Under the pieces are notes generated by a model. That model had not been told where the DNA came from and did no database searches. It worked only from the letters and a program-made list of their open reading frames with translations. Below are positions 12,186-22,675 of a stretch of 64,000 nucleotides of DNA, piece after piece. The stretch covers positions 48,422,001 through 48,486,000 of the forward strand of contig NC_043005.1 in the NCBI RefSeq assembly GCF_006345805.1, given 5' to 3'. The DNA is from Octopus sinensis (taxonomy: Eukaryota). Numbering within the stretch: the first letter of the stretch is position 1; each line of letters opens with the position of its first letter. A program made the position numbers and the translations under genes.

Positions 12186-12575
12186 CTATTATAGCCACAA
12201 GGCCTGAAGTTTTGAGGAGACGGGACTAGTTGATTACATCAACCCTAGAGCATAACCATTACTTATTTCATCGATCCTGAAACGATGAAAAATAAACTCG
12301 ACTTCGGCAGAATTTAAACTCAGAACGTAAAGACGGTCGAAATACCTGTTTCTTTTACTACCCACAAGGGGCAAAACACAGAAGGGACAAACAAGTACAG
12401 ACAAACGGATTAAGTCGATTATATCGACCCCAGTACGTAACTGGTACTTATTTAATCGACCCCGAAAGGATGAAAGGCAAAGTCGACCTCGCGGAATTTA
12501 AACTCAGAACGTAAAGACGGTCGAAATACCGCTAAGCATTTTGTCCGGTGTCCTAATGACTCTCCCAACTCGCCA
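12186..12575 (-). mobile_element. SINE-A dimer (184-bp period)
   Basis: An identical 37-bp segment occurs at 12310-12346 and 12494-12530, separated by a SINE-A body and the GTGGGTAGTAAAAGAAACA tail. Confidence 0.88.
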
Positions 12576-12708
12576 CCTTTTTTTTTTGTATTTTTTATAC
12601 TCTCTGAAGATCTGTTTTTTAGCTCTTTTGAGTGTTTCTTACCAACTACGTGTAACTATCAAGAATGTATCCACTGATTTTCTGTTATTCAGTTTTTCAA
12701 ATACTTAC

Positions 12709-12819
12709 AAGAAAATCTTCCGTTTAGGTCATTTATCATTAATATGCAGCTGCTATTCACTGACTGTTACAGGTAGTAACAGCAGCTAACTATTTCCCTG
12801 ATGTCTGTTGATATTACTT
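12709..12819 (-). other. Candidate exon (111 bp) with one in-frame TAA; pseudo-exon or non-coding exon
   Basis: Acceptor ttactttcattttAG and donor GTAAGT. Phase 1-1 reading VISTDIREIVSCCYYL*QSVNSSCILMINDLNGRFS. No homology recognised. Confidence 0.2.
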
Positions 12820-13187
12820 CTAAAATGAAAGTAATATATTTGGTAGGCCATCCCAAGTTTTCTGATCGATTCTGTTCAGTATTAATTGTTGCTGAATAGT
12901 GAAAGCAGCAGTGTGCAATGTCAGAAACATTGTACATAAATCAGGAAATTCCATGCGAATAGGTCTTGTTCATACCGTAATCGATCAAAAACTTCAATTA
13001 GGTGGATTTTTTTTTTCAAACCCATGTGTATCTAAACGTATAATGTTATACGAGACAAATTATTCAATGAAGACTGCATATCTATGTGATACCTGCTTTA
13101 AAACATGTGTCAATATACACTTATATAGATACACACACACACACTCATATATATATAGACACATGAATATACTACATAGTCATATGT

Positions 13188-13527
13188 GAAGGCGCGTGGC
13201 TCAGTGGTTAGAGCGTCGAGCTTACGATCGTGAGGTTGTGAGCTCGAATCCCGGACCGGGCTGCGTGTTGTGTTCTTGAGCAAGACACTTTATTTCACGT
13301 TGCTCCAGTTCACTCAGCTGTAGAAATGAGTTGCGACGTCACAGGTGCCAAGCTGTATCGGCCTTTGCCTTTCCCTTGGACAACATCAGTGACGTGGAGA
13401 GGGGAGGCCGGTATGCATGGGCGACTGCTGGTCTTCCATGAAACAACCTTGCCCAGACTTGTGCCTCAGAGAGTAACTCTCTAGGTGCAAACCCATGGTC
13501 AGTGTCTGACCGAAGGGGGTCACTCAC
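13188..13527 (+). mobile_element. SINE-C, full-length tRNA-headed CORE-like SINE with 11-bp TSD
   Basis: A box TGGCTCAGTGG and B box GAGCTCGAATCCC. CORE-like segment TTCTTGAGCAAGACACTTTATTTCACGTTGCTCCAGTTCACTCAGCTGTAGAAATGAG. TSD TAGTCATATGT at 13177-13187 and 13528-13538. Confidence 0.88.
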
Positions 13528-13646
13528 TAGTCATATGTATATTAAGATATGCATGTTGGTATGTATAAGGCACGTTGCATTGGCAGAGACGTCAGCGCAC
13601 TGAATTTAGTGTCGTTCTCTGCAATCCACGTTCATCGTAATTATTA

Positions 13647-13950
13647 AGATAAAACTTACTTGGAAAAGACAACTGATGAAGGGGAATATTCTTTATGTTG
13701 CAGGTCTCGTTTCTCTGTTTGTCTTTTATCGTTGTTCGAAAAAAAGTTCGCTTTGTATGTTTTTGTTTTTATGTTTTCCTTTCGCATTGTGTTCAACGTT
13801 TTTTTGATCTCCTGTACCCATATATGCATGTATATATACATATATATGTAGGTATGTACATATGTGCATGTGTACATGCATATACTTATATATTATTTAT
13901 ATTATTATATGATCGAACACCACGCATCATTTTCCAAGTAAGTTTTATCT
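13647..13950 (+). mobile_element. Repeat family E copy bounded by a perfect 21-bp inverted repeat (Penelope-like pLTR derivative or MITE)
   Basis: AGATAAAACTTACTTGGAAAA (13647-13667) is the reverse complement of 13930-13950. The body is homologous to 25295-25580 and 26050-26350. Confidence 0.7.
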
Positions 13951-13988
13951 ATCTATCTATATATATATATATATATTATATATATATA

Positions 13989-14066
<78 letters not shown>

Positions 14067-14101
14067 TATATATATATAGATATATATATACAGAAGGGAC
14101 A

Positions 14102-14143
<42 letters not shown>

Positions 14144-14145
14144 AC
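13951..14145. repeat. (TA)n-rich microsatellite
   Basis: Direct reading. Confidence 0.95.
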
Positions 14146-14589
14146 ATAAATGTGTGTATGTGTACGTGTGGATTTAGTTATATACATTTTCAGTTAGACT
14201 CACATAGAGAGCAAAAAGACACACATTTTCAGAGTGTAACTGTACATGAATCTGAGAGAGAAAGAAATGGCGTGAGAGAGACAGAGAGAGAGAAACGGAG
14301 ACAGATAGAGACAGAGAGAGATGGACAGAGAAAGTGTGCGAGAATCTGTATAACAATTGCTTCACAAAATTTAAACCATTCTTTTATTCGTTTGAATCAT
14401 TAGAATAATGGTCGATGATTTTAATAAATCTGATATTTCATATATTTTATTATATTTTGGCTACAATCACATCTGATCTTTGTATTACAATATTCTCTAG
14501 CAGCAAATGGTTTGATAAATATGGCAACATGGTGATATCTGTTACAAATATACACAGCCATTTTTAACCTCAAGTTGAAATTTCTCAGT

Positions 14590-15320
14590 AAAATAGTGTG
14601 AGGATGTGATATTAACCTCTCCGACCTGTCCAATTACCTAGCAATTGCCCTCATCGCTAACGTGTCTAAACTGATGCAAAATGATAATAATTGTACGTTT
14701 TCTGTGACGCTTTTTAGTTTTCTCTCTCTTCTCAGCAACTATCAATATGTATTTTGAAAGTCACGATCTAAAATTGACACACTCACCTCATTTATAAATT
14801 TGATGGTCACTTGCCATCATTAACTTTAGAGACCAGTAAATCTTTCGGTTGAATTTCACCTAAATAAAAAAAAAAGAGGTCTAGCTTATCCGCCCAACTA
14901 AATTGTCACAAGAACAAATGTCCGGTCTGTTTACTTGGATTGACAGCTTCTGTAGACAAAACCCTGCCTGACTCCGATCCCTATATGCTTGGACATTCTT
15001 TTGAGTTATTCCCACCATTACCCAAAACCACCTCCTTTGTTCACACCACTGACCTATTCTCTATCCAGCTTCGAACTCCGTATTATCGGACTAATTCTCC
15101 ATCACTCCGGTCATTTCTAACGACAAGAATTTCAGTTCTAAGGTTGGCGGTCTTGCAAGGTCCTGTTTTCAGTGCCTTTATCCTCCAATAATAAGGATAT
15201 TTGATATGGTCTGCAAAAGCATCTACTAACATTTGAATACACAAATATGACTCGTCTGCACCCACTGAACTGCGCCCACATCCCGTCACATCAATTATAA
15301 CCTCCTGAAGATAATAAAAT
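14590..15320 (+). mobile_element. Highly degenerate CR1/L2/Jockey-group RT fragment
   Basis: SDLSNYLAIALIANVSKLMQ..LLSNYQYVF*KSRSKIDTL resembles SNYRPIAL.S.VSK.ME..LLSD.QYGFR..RST.D.L. Further on, LRSFLTTRISV..AVLQGPVF resembles SFLS.R..V..GVPQGSVL. Confidence 0.6.
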
Positions 15321-15454
15321 TATATCACACAAACTGTCCAGTAAATCCCATGTACATATCTATGATAACAAACTGCACAAAATGTGCTTCCATTAAGACA
15401 AAAAGATTACGTACTGTATAACAGTATTTTGAATATTTTTTTTATATATATAAA

Positions 15455-15800
15455 CGCACCAGCGTGGCTGTGTGGTAAAGAAGTTTGCTTCCCAGCCACA
15501 TGGTTCTGGGATCTGTCTAACTGCGAGGCAACTTGGGCAAGCATCTTCTACACTATAGCCTGGGGCCGATCAAACCTATTCGCGTGAAAGAAGCCCGTCA
15601 TATATATCTACATATATGTGTCTCTGCTTGCACCACCACCCTCCCCAACGACCACCACTTCTTGACAACCAGTTTTGGTTTGTTGACGTTTGTTATTCTA
15701 ACTGACTATTAAAAAAATAATTACTTGGGCTGATTCGACTAAATCTTTTCAAAGCACTGCCCCAGCATGGCTGCAGTCTAATGACTGAAGTAAATAAAAT
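15455..15800 (+). mobile_element. SINE-B, degraded
   Basis: GTGGCTGTGTGGTAAAGAAGTTTGC head and CCCAGCATGGCTGCAGTCTAATGACTGAA 3' end. Confidence 0.8.
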
Positions 15801-16149
15801 AATGGTTATAAATTCGCTTATATTTTAGAACACATAAAAATATACAATTTTTATTAAATTAAATCATGGATTATAAAATTTACAATATGCCCAGCAAAAT
15901 TCTTCTAAATACTTATTAATAGATCGACCTTTATCAGATAAAATCCCGTACATACACCGAGAAGGGCGCGATCACTCTAGAGAGATTGCGAGGTCGCTTG
16001 CGGTTGAGTTTTTTAGCAAGTGGTCAATATTTACATTTCGGTGGTCATTTACACAGAAGAGTGTTGGCATCATGATAAAAAAAACCAATGGACCAATTTC
16101 CCTTACAAGTCCTGAGTTACGCAGAGGTTACATTAGTAAACACTTCGTC

Positions 16150-16357
16150 AGGTGGTGAGTGACAGAATTGATACTGTACCGGGCAGAATGCTCAGCGTCA
16201 CTTCGTTTATTCAGCGTTCAAATTTCGCCGAAGTCGACTTAGCCATTCATCCTTTTGGAGGACCATAAAATAAGTACCAGCTGAGCGATGGACTCGATGT
16301 AACTGACTTCTTCCCTCCTTCGAAATTGCTAGCCTTGTGCTAAAATTTGAAACCAAC
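16150..16357 (+). mobile_element. SINE-A, diverged
   Basis: CGTTCAAATTTCGCCGAAGTCGACTT...AAGTACCAGCTGAGC...GCCTTGTGCTAAAATTTGAAACC. Confidence 0.75.
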
Positions 16358-16694
16358 ATATTAGTAAACGCTTGTCGAAGCTGTAGTGCTCTGGTTCCGA
16401 ACGCAGAATCCGTGTTTGTGAAGCGAATTTCTTAACTACGTCTATGAAACAATTATAAAATACGAGAGACTACTAGATTCTTTTTTTGTTGTTACCTCAT
16501 TTTGTTGTTACCTCATCGCCAGTATCGTTGTCTTCTGTGTACATTCCAATTTCTAGATACCTAGTTCTGATTTAGCACTTCATTAACTATTGATTTTGAG
16601 GCAAGTCTAGATCCTCATTCCTTCCCCGCTCTCTCTCTATATATATATACCGTTTCATCTATTTCACTCTCAATATGTGATCTTTATAAGAAGG

Positions 16695-16888
16695 TGGGCG
16701 TGCAGGATTGTTAATGCATAGCAGCATTTCGTCCGTCTTTACCTCCTGAGTTCAAGTTTCGCCGAGGTCAGTTTCCCTGTCACCCTATCAGAGTCGATAA
16801 AATAAGCACTAGTGGAGCACTGGGGTCGATCCAATCGACTTGCTCCCTCCTCCAAAATTGCTGGCCTGGTGCCAAAATTTGAACACGA
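16695..16888 (+). mobile_element. SINE-A, diverged
   Basis: CTGAGTTCAAGTTTCGCCGAGGTC...GCACTGGGGTCGATCC...GCCAAAATTTGAA. Confidence 0.75.
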
Positions 16889-17099
16889 TATTTGATTTTT
16901 GTTGTGATACATCATTTGATACTTAAGTACTTGATCACGCAGCCGATAAAATTGAGTTCAGCACTTAAATTATACATGTCTTGTCGATTCGAAAACTATA
17001 GAAGGCAACGAAGGAGTTCAAATTAGAGACAAAGAAAACCCTGCCTCAATATTAACGCAACACTCTCCTGCGTCAGCCACTCTCTACCAGCCGAGTAAT

Positions 17100-17790
17100 A
17101 AGGATTTCTAGGGAAGGCGTAGGCCGGCCGATTACATCGACCCCAGTATTAAATTGGTACTTATTTTATTGACCCCGAAAGGATGAAAGGCAAAGTCGAC
17201 CTCGGCAGCATTTGTACTCAGAACGTAAAGATGGACGAAATGCCGCTAAACATTTTGCCCGGCGGGCTAAAGTTTCTGCCTACCCATCGCCCTAAGAATT
17301 TCAAATTTTGGCACAAGACCAGCAACTTCGGGGGTGGGGGTAAGCTGATTGCATCGACTCCAGTGCCCTACTATACTTATTTTATCGACCCCGAAAGGAA
17401 GACTAATAAAGTTGACCATGGTGGAATTTGAACTCAGAACGTAAAGACGGACGAAATGCCACTGCCTATTTTTCCCGGTATGTTAAGAATTTCTAATATT
17501 AATCATTGGCCAGACAATGTGGAAGGAGCAGCAGTTGATTTAATCGATTTTTCCCTAGTTTATATTATCGAACCCAGAAGACTGAAAGACGAAGGCGATC
17601 CTTGCTCGATATCAACTCGGAAACTTAAAGGATATAATATTGAATTCTTATAAAAATACAAGAACTTTAATTTAGGAAAAGTGGGACAGTCGATAATATC
17701 GAACCCTGTATATGACGGCTATTTAATTTCTTCGACCTCGGAAGGATGAAAAGCTTAACTAACCTCCGTCAGATTTGAGCTCGGAATTTC
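17100..17790 (-). mobile_element. Cluster of three minus-strand SINE-A copies
   Basis: Repeated ATCGACCCC..TACTTATTTTAT(T/C)GACCCCGAAAGGA..GAACTCAGAACGTAAAGA blocks at about 17.1, 17.3 and 17.6-17.8 kb. Confidence 0.8.
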
Positions 17791-18118
17791 CTGGACCTTG
17801 AGCAAGTATTTTCTACTATAGCCTCGGTCCGACCAAACTCTTATGAGTGTATCTGGTAAACGGAAACTGAAAGAAGCTCGTCAAATATATATATGTGTGT
17901 GTATATCTATGTTGTATGTCTTTCTGTCTATGCTTGTCCACTCCCCACCATGACAACTAGTGTTGGCGTGTTTGTATCCCGTAACTTAGCGATAGAATAA
18001 GTACCAGACTTAAAGAATAAGTTCTGAGGTCGATTTATTCGACTAAAAATTTAAAAAATTGAAGGTAGTTCCACAGCATGGGCGCAGTCTAGTGACTGAA
18101 ATAAGTAAAAGATAAAAG
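17780..18118 (+). mobile_element. SINE-B, 5'-truncated
   Basis: CCTTGAGCAAGTATTTTCTACTATAGCC...CGGAAACTGAAAGAAGC...CACAGCATGGGCGCAGTCTAGTGACTGAAATAAGTAAAAG. Confidence 0.8.
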
Positions 18119-18164
18119 TTTACCATCTTGTATAATAATTCTTACTAATTTGAGTATAAGGTGT

Positions 18165-18335
18165 GGAATTTTGTTGGGTAGATGTTAGTCAATTGTATTG
18201 ACCCCACTGTTTCTGAAAGGAATGAAAGGTAAAGTCGACATCGGTAGAATTTAAACTCAGAACAAAAAGAGCCGGATGCAATACTGCTAAACATTTTGTC
18301 CGGTGCTCTAACGATTCTGCCCACTTGCTGTCTTC
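18165..18335 (-). mobile_element. SINE-A, diverged
   Basis: GAAAGGTAAAGTCGACATCGGTAGAATTTAAACTCAGAAC...TAACGATTCTGCC. Confidence 0.75.
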
Positions 18336-18369
18336 CCATCCTGTATTATAATACAACGCCATCTCTTAC

Positions 18370-18420
18370 GAGTGTAACAGGAAATGTGAAGCAACTTTAT
18401 CAGAATAATAAACAGTGTTT
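18370..18420 (-). CDS. Candidate coding exon (51 bp, phase 2-2), unknown protein
   Basis: Acceptor catatttcAG and donor GTAAGA. Open frame NTVYYSDKVASHFLLH is phase-compatible with the 18608-18719 candidate. Confidence 0.25.
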
Positions 18421-18607
18421 CTGAAATATGTTGCATACTACAATGGCTATTGTCTCTACACCAAATTAATTGACTCTGTTTAGAAACTATTGTTAACCTG
18501 TTCGAGTGTAATATTCGATATTGTAATAACGCGTAACTTGTTCATGAGTGAATTACGTAAGGTTATTTCTAAGACAGAGTGGATTTAGATAAAGTAGGAA
18601 GCCTCAC

Positions 18608-18719
18608 GTGTTTAAATATTTTTCAAATAAGTTAGATGTATTTGGGGTGTCGGATGCAATAGTTGCCACTAGAACTGGTACTTCATCGTAGATTGGTGAT
18701 ACTGATTCAACTTCACTAT
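18608..18719 (-). CDS. Candidate coding exon (112 bp, phase 1-2), unknown protein
   Basis: Acceptor ggatttacAG and donor GTGAGG. Open frame DSEVESVSPIYDEVPVLVATIASDTPNTSNLFEKYLN in non-repeat sequence. Confidence 0.3.
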
Positions 18720-18960
18720 CTGTAAATCCAACGATTGTAAGAAAAATGTATCGGGAAGAGAATTCAAATGAGTTGGAGCAGCTCGACACAGAATTTTTTA
18801 TGGAATGAGAGAAAGATTTGGATGTTGATGGAGGAAGAGTTATGCAGTTACCTAGTTCAGAAGAACAGAAGATATTTTAGTAACAACAAAAGAGACACGA
18901 AACTTTTTGTGCATTTTGCAGTGTTTGAACTGAGTTGGTAGCTAAATTTTTATCAGAGCT

Positions 18961-19560
18961 GGATGATCATATTTTGAATTTGGGCAAAGATATAGCACTG
19001 TGAGGTTTTGTCAGGCCTTTTGAGAGTCGCAAACTAGATGAGGTTAACGTTCATCGTGAGCAGCTGCATGTCGACTGGTGAACAAAAAACCAAGCGCAGA
19101 GAAAATTCCAGAGAGATGGATGATCATATTTTGAATTTGGGCAAAGATATAGCACTGTGAGGTTTTGTCAGGCCTTTTGAGAGTCGCAAACTAGATGAGG
19201 TTAACGTTCATCGTGAGCAGCTGCATGTCGACTGGTGAACAAAAAAACCAAGCGCAGAGAAAATTCCAGAGAGATGACGTTCTGGGAAGAAAGGACTGGA
19301 CGTAGTGCAAAGGCATGGGAATTAAACACAATATAGGTGATGAAAAGCGTATGCATTTGGGGTGCTTTAGTGAAACTGGTACGAGACCTGTTAGATTCGA
19401 TGAGCTGAGGCATTCCATGTAGTTGTAGATATAATAAGTCTGTGTATCAGAAGTTGGAATGTGTTGAAGAGTAACTTCATACCAGTTATTTTTGGATACC
19501 TTTTTTCTGGGCGCATTCAAGGATATTTGTGCTTTCATCTTCAACATTGCACACTTGGAT
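18961..19560 (-). mobile_element. CR1/L2/Jockey-group LINE 3' fragment with a tandemly duplicated end
   Basis: ILECAQKKGI ... CLSSSNLTGLVP ... YVQSFLPRTSSLWN are typical end-of-ORF2 motifs. 18961-19117 is repeated at 19118-19275. Confidence 0.7.
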
Positions 19561-19659
19561 ATATGTTTATGAGTTTACAGTTAGACTTCATTGTAATTAG
19601 CTATATTCACGAGAGCATTTGATTCTGGTACTACAAGCTCATGAATTACTCATAAGTAT

Positions 19660-19783
19660 TGGGCGCGGTTTTGTGGTTAAAAGTTTGCTTCCCAAGCACA
19701 TTGTTCCGGGTTCTGTCCCACTGCATGGGATCTTGGGCAAGCGTTTTCTACTATATACACGCGCCAACCAAAACACCTTGTCA

Positions 19784-19823
<40 letters not shown>

Positions 19824-20420
19824 TTAAAATGAGTGTGAGAGATTGGATATTAATTTAATTAACATCAATTTAACACCAGTGGTCTAGCATATTAAAATAG
19901 TAAATTGCATTATATACATATGAGAGTGATGACCACCATGTGGACAACCCTTATGCTAGAAGTAGATCCACTATGGTCTTACCACTAAGAAATGTTCTCA
20001 AGAAAAAATTTTGCAAACACCAGAACGTAAGCGAGCAAGACAAATGAAAAATAACAGAAATATAGATTATCTATATTTTTGTTACTTTTCATTTGTCTTG
20101 CTCGTTTACGTTCTGGTGTTTGCTAAATTTTCTTTGGGAACATTTCTTAGTGGTAAGACCATAGCGGATCTACTTCTAGCATAAGAGTTGTCCACATAAG
20201 AGTCATAAGAGTCATCCTTCTCATATATATATATAAACACGTGTGTATGTGTGTGTCCCTTACCATCTTTTGACACCTGGTATTGACTTGTTTATATACC
20301 TATAAAGCGGTTCAGTGAAAACAGGCCGAAAGAATGAGTGCCAGGTTTAAACAAAACACAATTACTTGAGTTTAGGCTGTGCACAAGCATAGCTGTAGTG
20401 CAACGAGTGAAACAAAAGAT
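19660..20420 (+). mobile_element. SINE-B split by an insertion in its internal (TA)n array
   Basis: Head at about 19660-19780 and 3' half at about 20235-20420. The foldback segment lies between them. Confidence 0.65.
19918..20224. repeat. Foldback (near-perfect palindrome with about 130-150 bp arms and a 1-nt spacer)
   Basis: 19938-20067 is the reverse complement of 20069-20197 with scattered mismatches. Centre TATAGAT-T-ATCTATA at 20061-20075. Confidence 0.92.
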
Positions 20421-21234
20421 AAATGATTACAAGAGCATCGCTGCCTGCTCAATTAAGCGGAGAGAACTATAGGTATTGACCAAGCGCCAGGGTACGAACA
20501 GCAGCTTGCTTATTAGGTGAAGAGAAAAATGAAAACGGGAAGCCGAGAGAATCGAAACCTTTCAAAATGATAAGGCTAAGGGAATGTTCTGCATACTAAG
20601 TTTCCATTCCATAGTTTCTCACATATCAAACATAATGAATCTCACGAGGCGTGGGTGAAATGATTACTAAGTGGGGATCGAAACGACGCCAATCGCAATC
20701 AAAGGATAATGCAATACATTAATTCATTAAGACATTAACATCCAAAAACTATCATCATCTCTTAAAGTTCTTATGAAGTTGCTTGATCTGATACATTAAT
20801 ATAAAATGTACTAATGTTGTTGGTAGTGCTTGGATGTCAGCTGCAGGTTTATCAAAGATCTTCTGTATTATATTACATAATTTACTGAATTCTAAAAGAT
20901 ATCGATATTACATTGCCATGTTGAATATTCATTTTAGATTATTCGATTATCACTAACTGAATTATAATGTGTACGAGATGAGTCGTTGCAACAATCGCGT
21001 GGACTAATGAGTTGCCTATATATATCAACAAAAGAGTTTCAAGTTCGTGTCTTCTCGCTGGTAATGAACTATCCTGACACATACTTAGCTGTGGCATATG
21101 CGAGGAAAGATAGGAGAGAAAGAAAGAAAGATAGAGACGAAAGAAGCGGAAGTTAAAAAGACTTGGTAGCGAAGCACAGAACTATCTGGAAGCGAATGAG
21201 TGCTTTGGTGTTTTATAATCTTTTCAGCGATAAG

Positions 21235-21650
21235 AAGAGGGCTTGAAATTTGGGGAAAGCGGGATAGTCGATTGCATCGAACCCAATGCTCAACATGTAC
21301 TCATTTCGTTGACCCTGAAAGGATGATAGACAAGGTCGACTTCGGCGGAATTTGAACTCAGAACATGGAGAGGGCTGAAATAACTTTAAGAATTGCATCC
21401 AGCATACTAATGGTTGTATCAGCTTACCGCCTTGCTTTGATGCTTCGTAATGCTGTGATCAAATTATTTCTAATTTAGGCACAAGACCAGTGATTTCGCT
21501 GGAGGTTTAATCGATTAAATGGAACTCAGTAATTGACATCTGTTTGATTTTATAGACCCCAGAAGAGATTTTGAACTCAAAACTCAGTAGCGACTCAGTA
21601 CAAATACCACAACGTATTTGTCCGAGATTCTAACGATTCTGCTAATCCAG
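21235..21650 (-). mobile_element. Two minus-strand SINE-A copies, diverged
   Basis: GTCGACTTCGGCGGAATTTGAACTCAGAAC at about 21335-21365. A second degenerate body ends TAACGATTCTGC at about 21640. Confidence 0.7.
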
Positions 21651-22149
21651 CAAATTTGTTGCGATTAAACTGAATGAGATAATCTGGATTACCATTATAA
21701 GAAGAAACAAAAAAAAAAAACAAGCCAAAAAAACGTCTACGTTTGTTACTTCACACGCTAATAATAACAATCAAATTGTCCTAAGATTATACATATCCTA
21801 CTAAGTTGAGAAACAGTGCGATAAAATAGCCATCGATAGAACTTTTTTTATCATAGGTCTGCTCAAGTAATGCTGACAGAGATTCAACTATAATAAAAAG
21901 AGTACTACAACGATAAAGAGATGCAATTTTTAAGGAAATAAATTCGCAACACCCGTGGAAATTAAATATTAAAGTATCACAGGACCTCCGATAGGATATG
22001 AACTCCAGCTACATTTGTAGAGCACGATTTAATCGTGTAGAGCACGATTAAAACCGCGAACGTTTCTATCAGATATATTATACAGAATGGATAATAATAC
22101 ACAAAACTACGAATGCTGTGCCTACTAATTGGTCGGAAATATTCCTGCG

Positions 22150-22340
22150 CTAGAGGCGGCGAGCTGAAAAAATCGTTTGCACGCCGGTCAAAATGCTTAG
22201 CGGCATCTCGTCCGTCTTTATGTTCTGAGTTCAAATTTGCGCCGAAGTCGACTTTGACTTTCATCCTTTAGGGGTCGATGAAATTAGTAATCGACTAATC
22301 TTGTCCCCACAAATCTACCCAGTGCCTGTTATAGATAAGA
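22150..22340 (+). mobile_element. SINE-A
   Basis: AGGCGGCGAGCTG head and TTCTGAGTTCAAATTTGCGCCGAAGTCGACTTTG. Confidence 0.85.
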
Positions 22341-22640
22341 TTGTTAAATTGTGGGTGATGGTCCGAATATCAGATAAAATCCTTTGTGATATCTGTTTTG
22401 TCCAGTTATGATCTGAGTTCAAATCTCACATAGAGTTAGATTTTTATAAATCCGTATTCGTCAAAATAATTATCAATACTAACAATGCACGTTTGGTCAC
22501 GCTAAAAATGTCACACCACATTATGTAAAGTGAGTCAATAATTTACCTCCAGCTTTCTTCAGATGTCTTGGGGAAATTTCGAACCTTGGTTCTCATTCCT
22601 AAGGTATTTTTCGATGTTATTATCATTATTTTTATTATTA

Positions 22641-22675
<35 letters not shown>

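Noticed and set aside
13188-13265. tRNA-like sequence (also the heads at 43102 and 60734)
   Set aside because: Each continues into a SINE body and is bounded by TSDs. The acceptor stem is not complete, so these are not tRNA genes.
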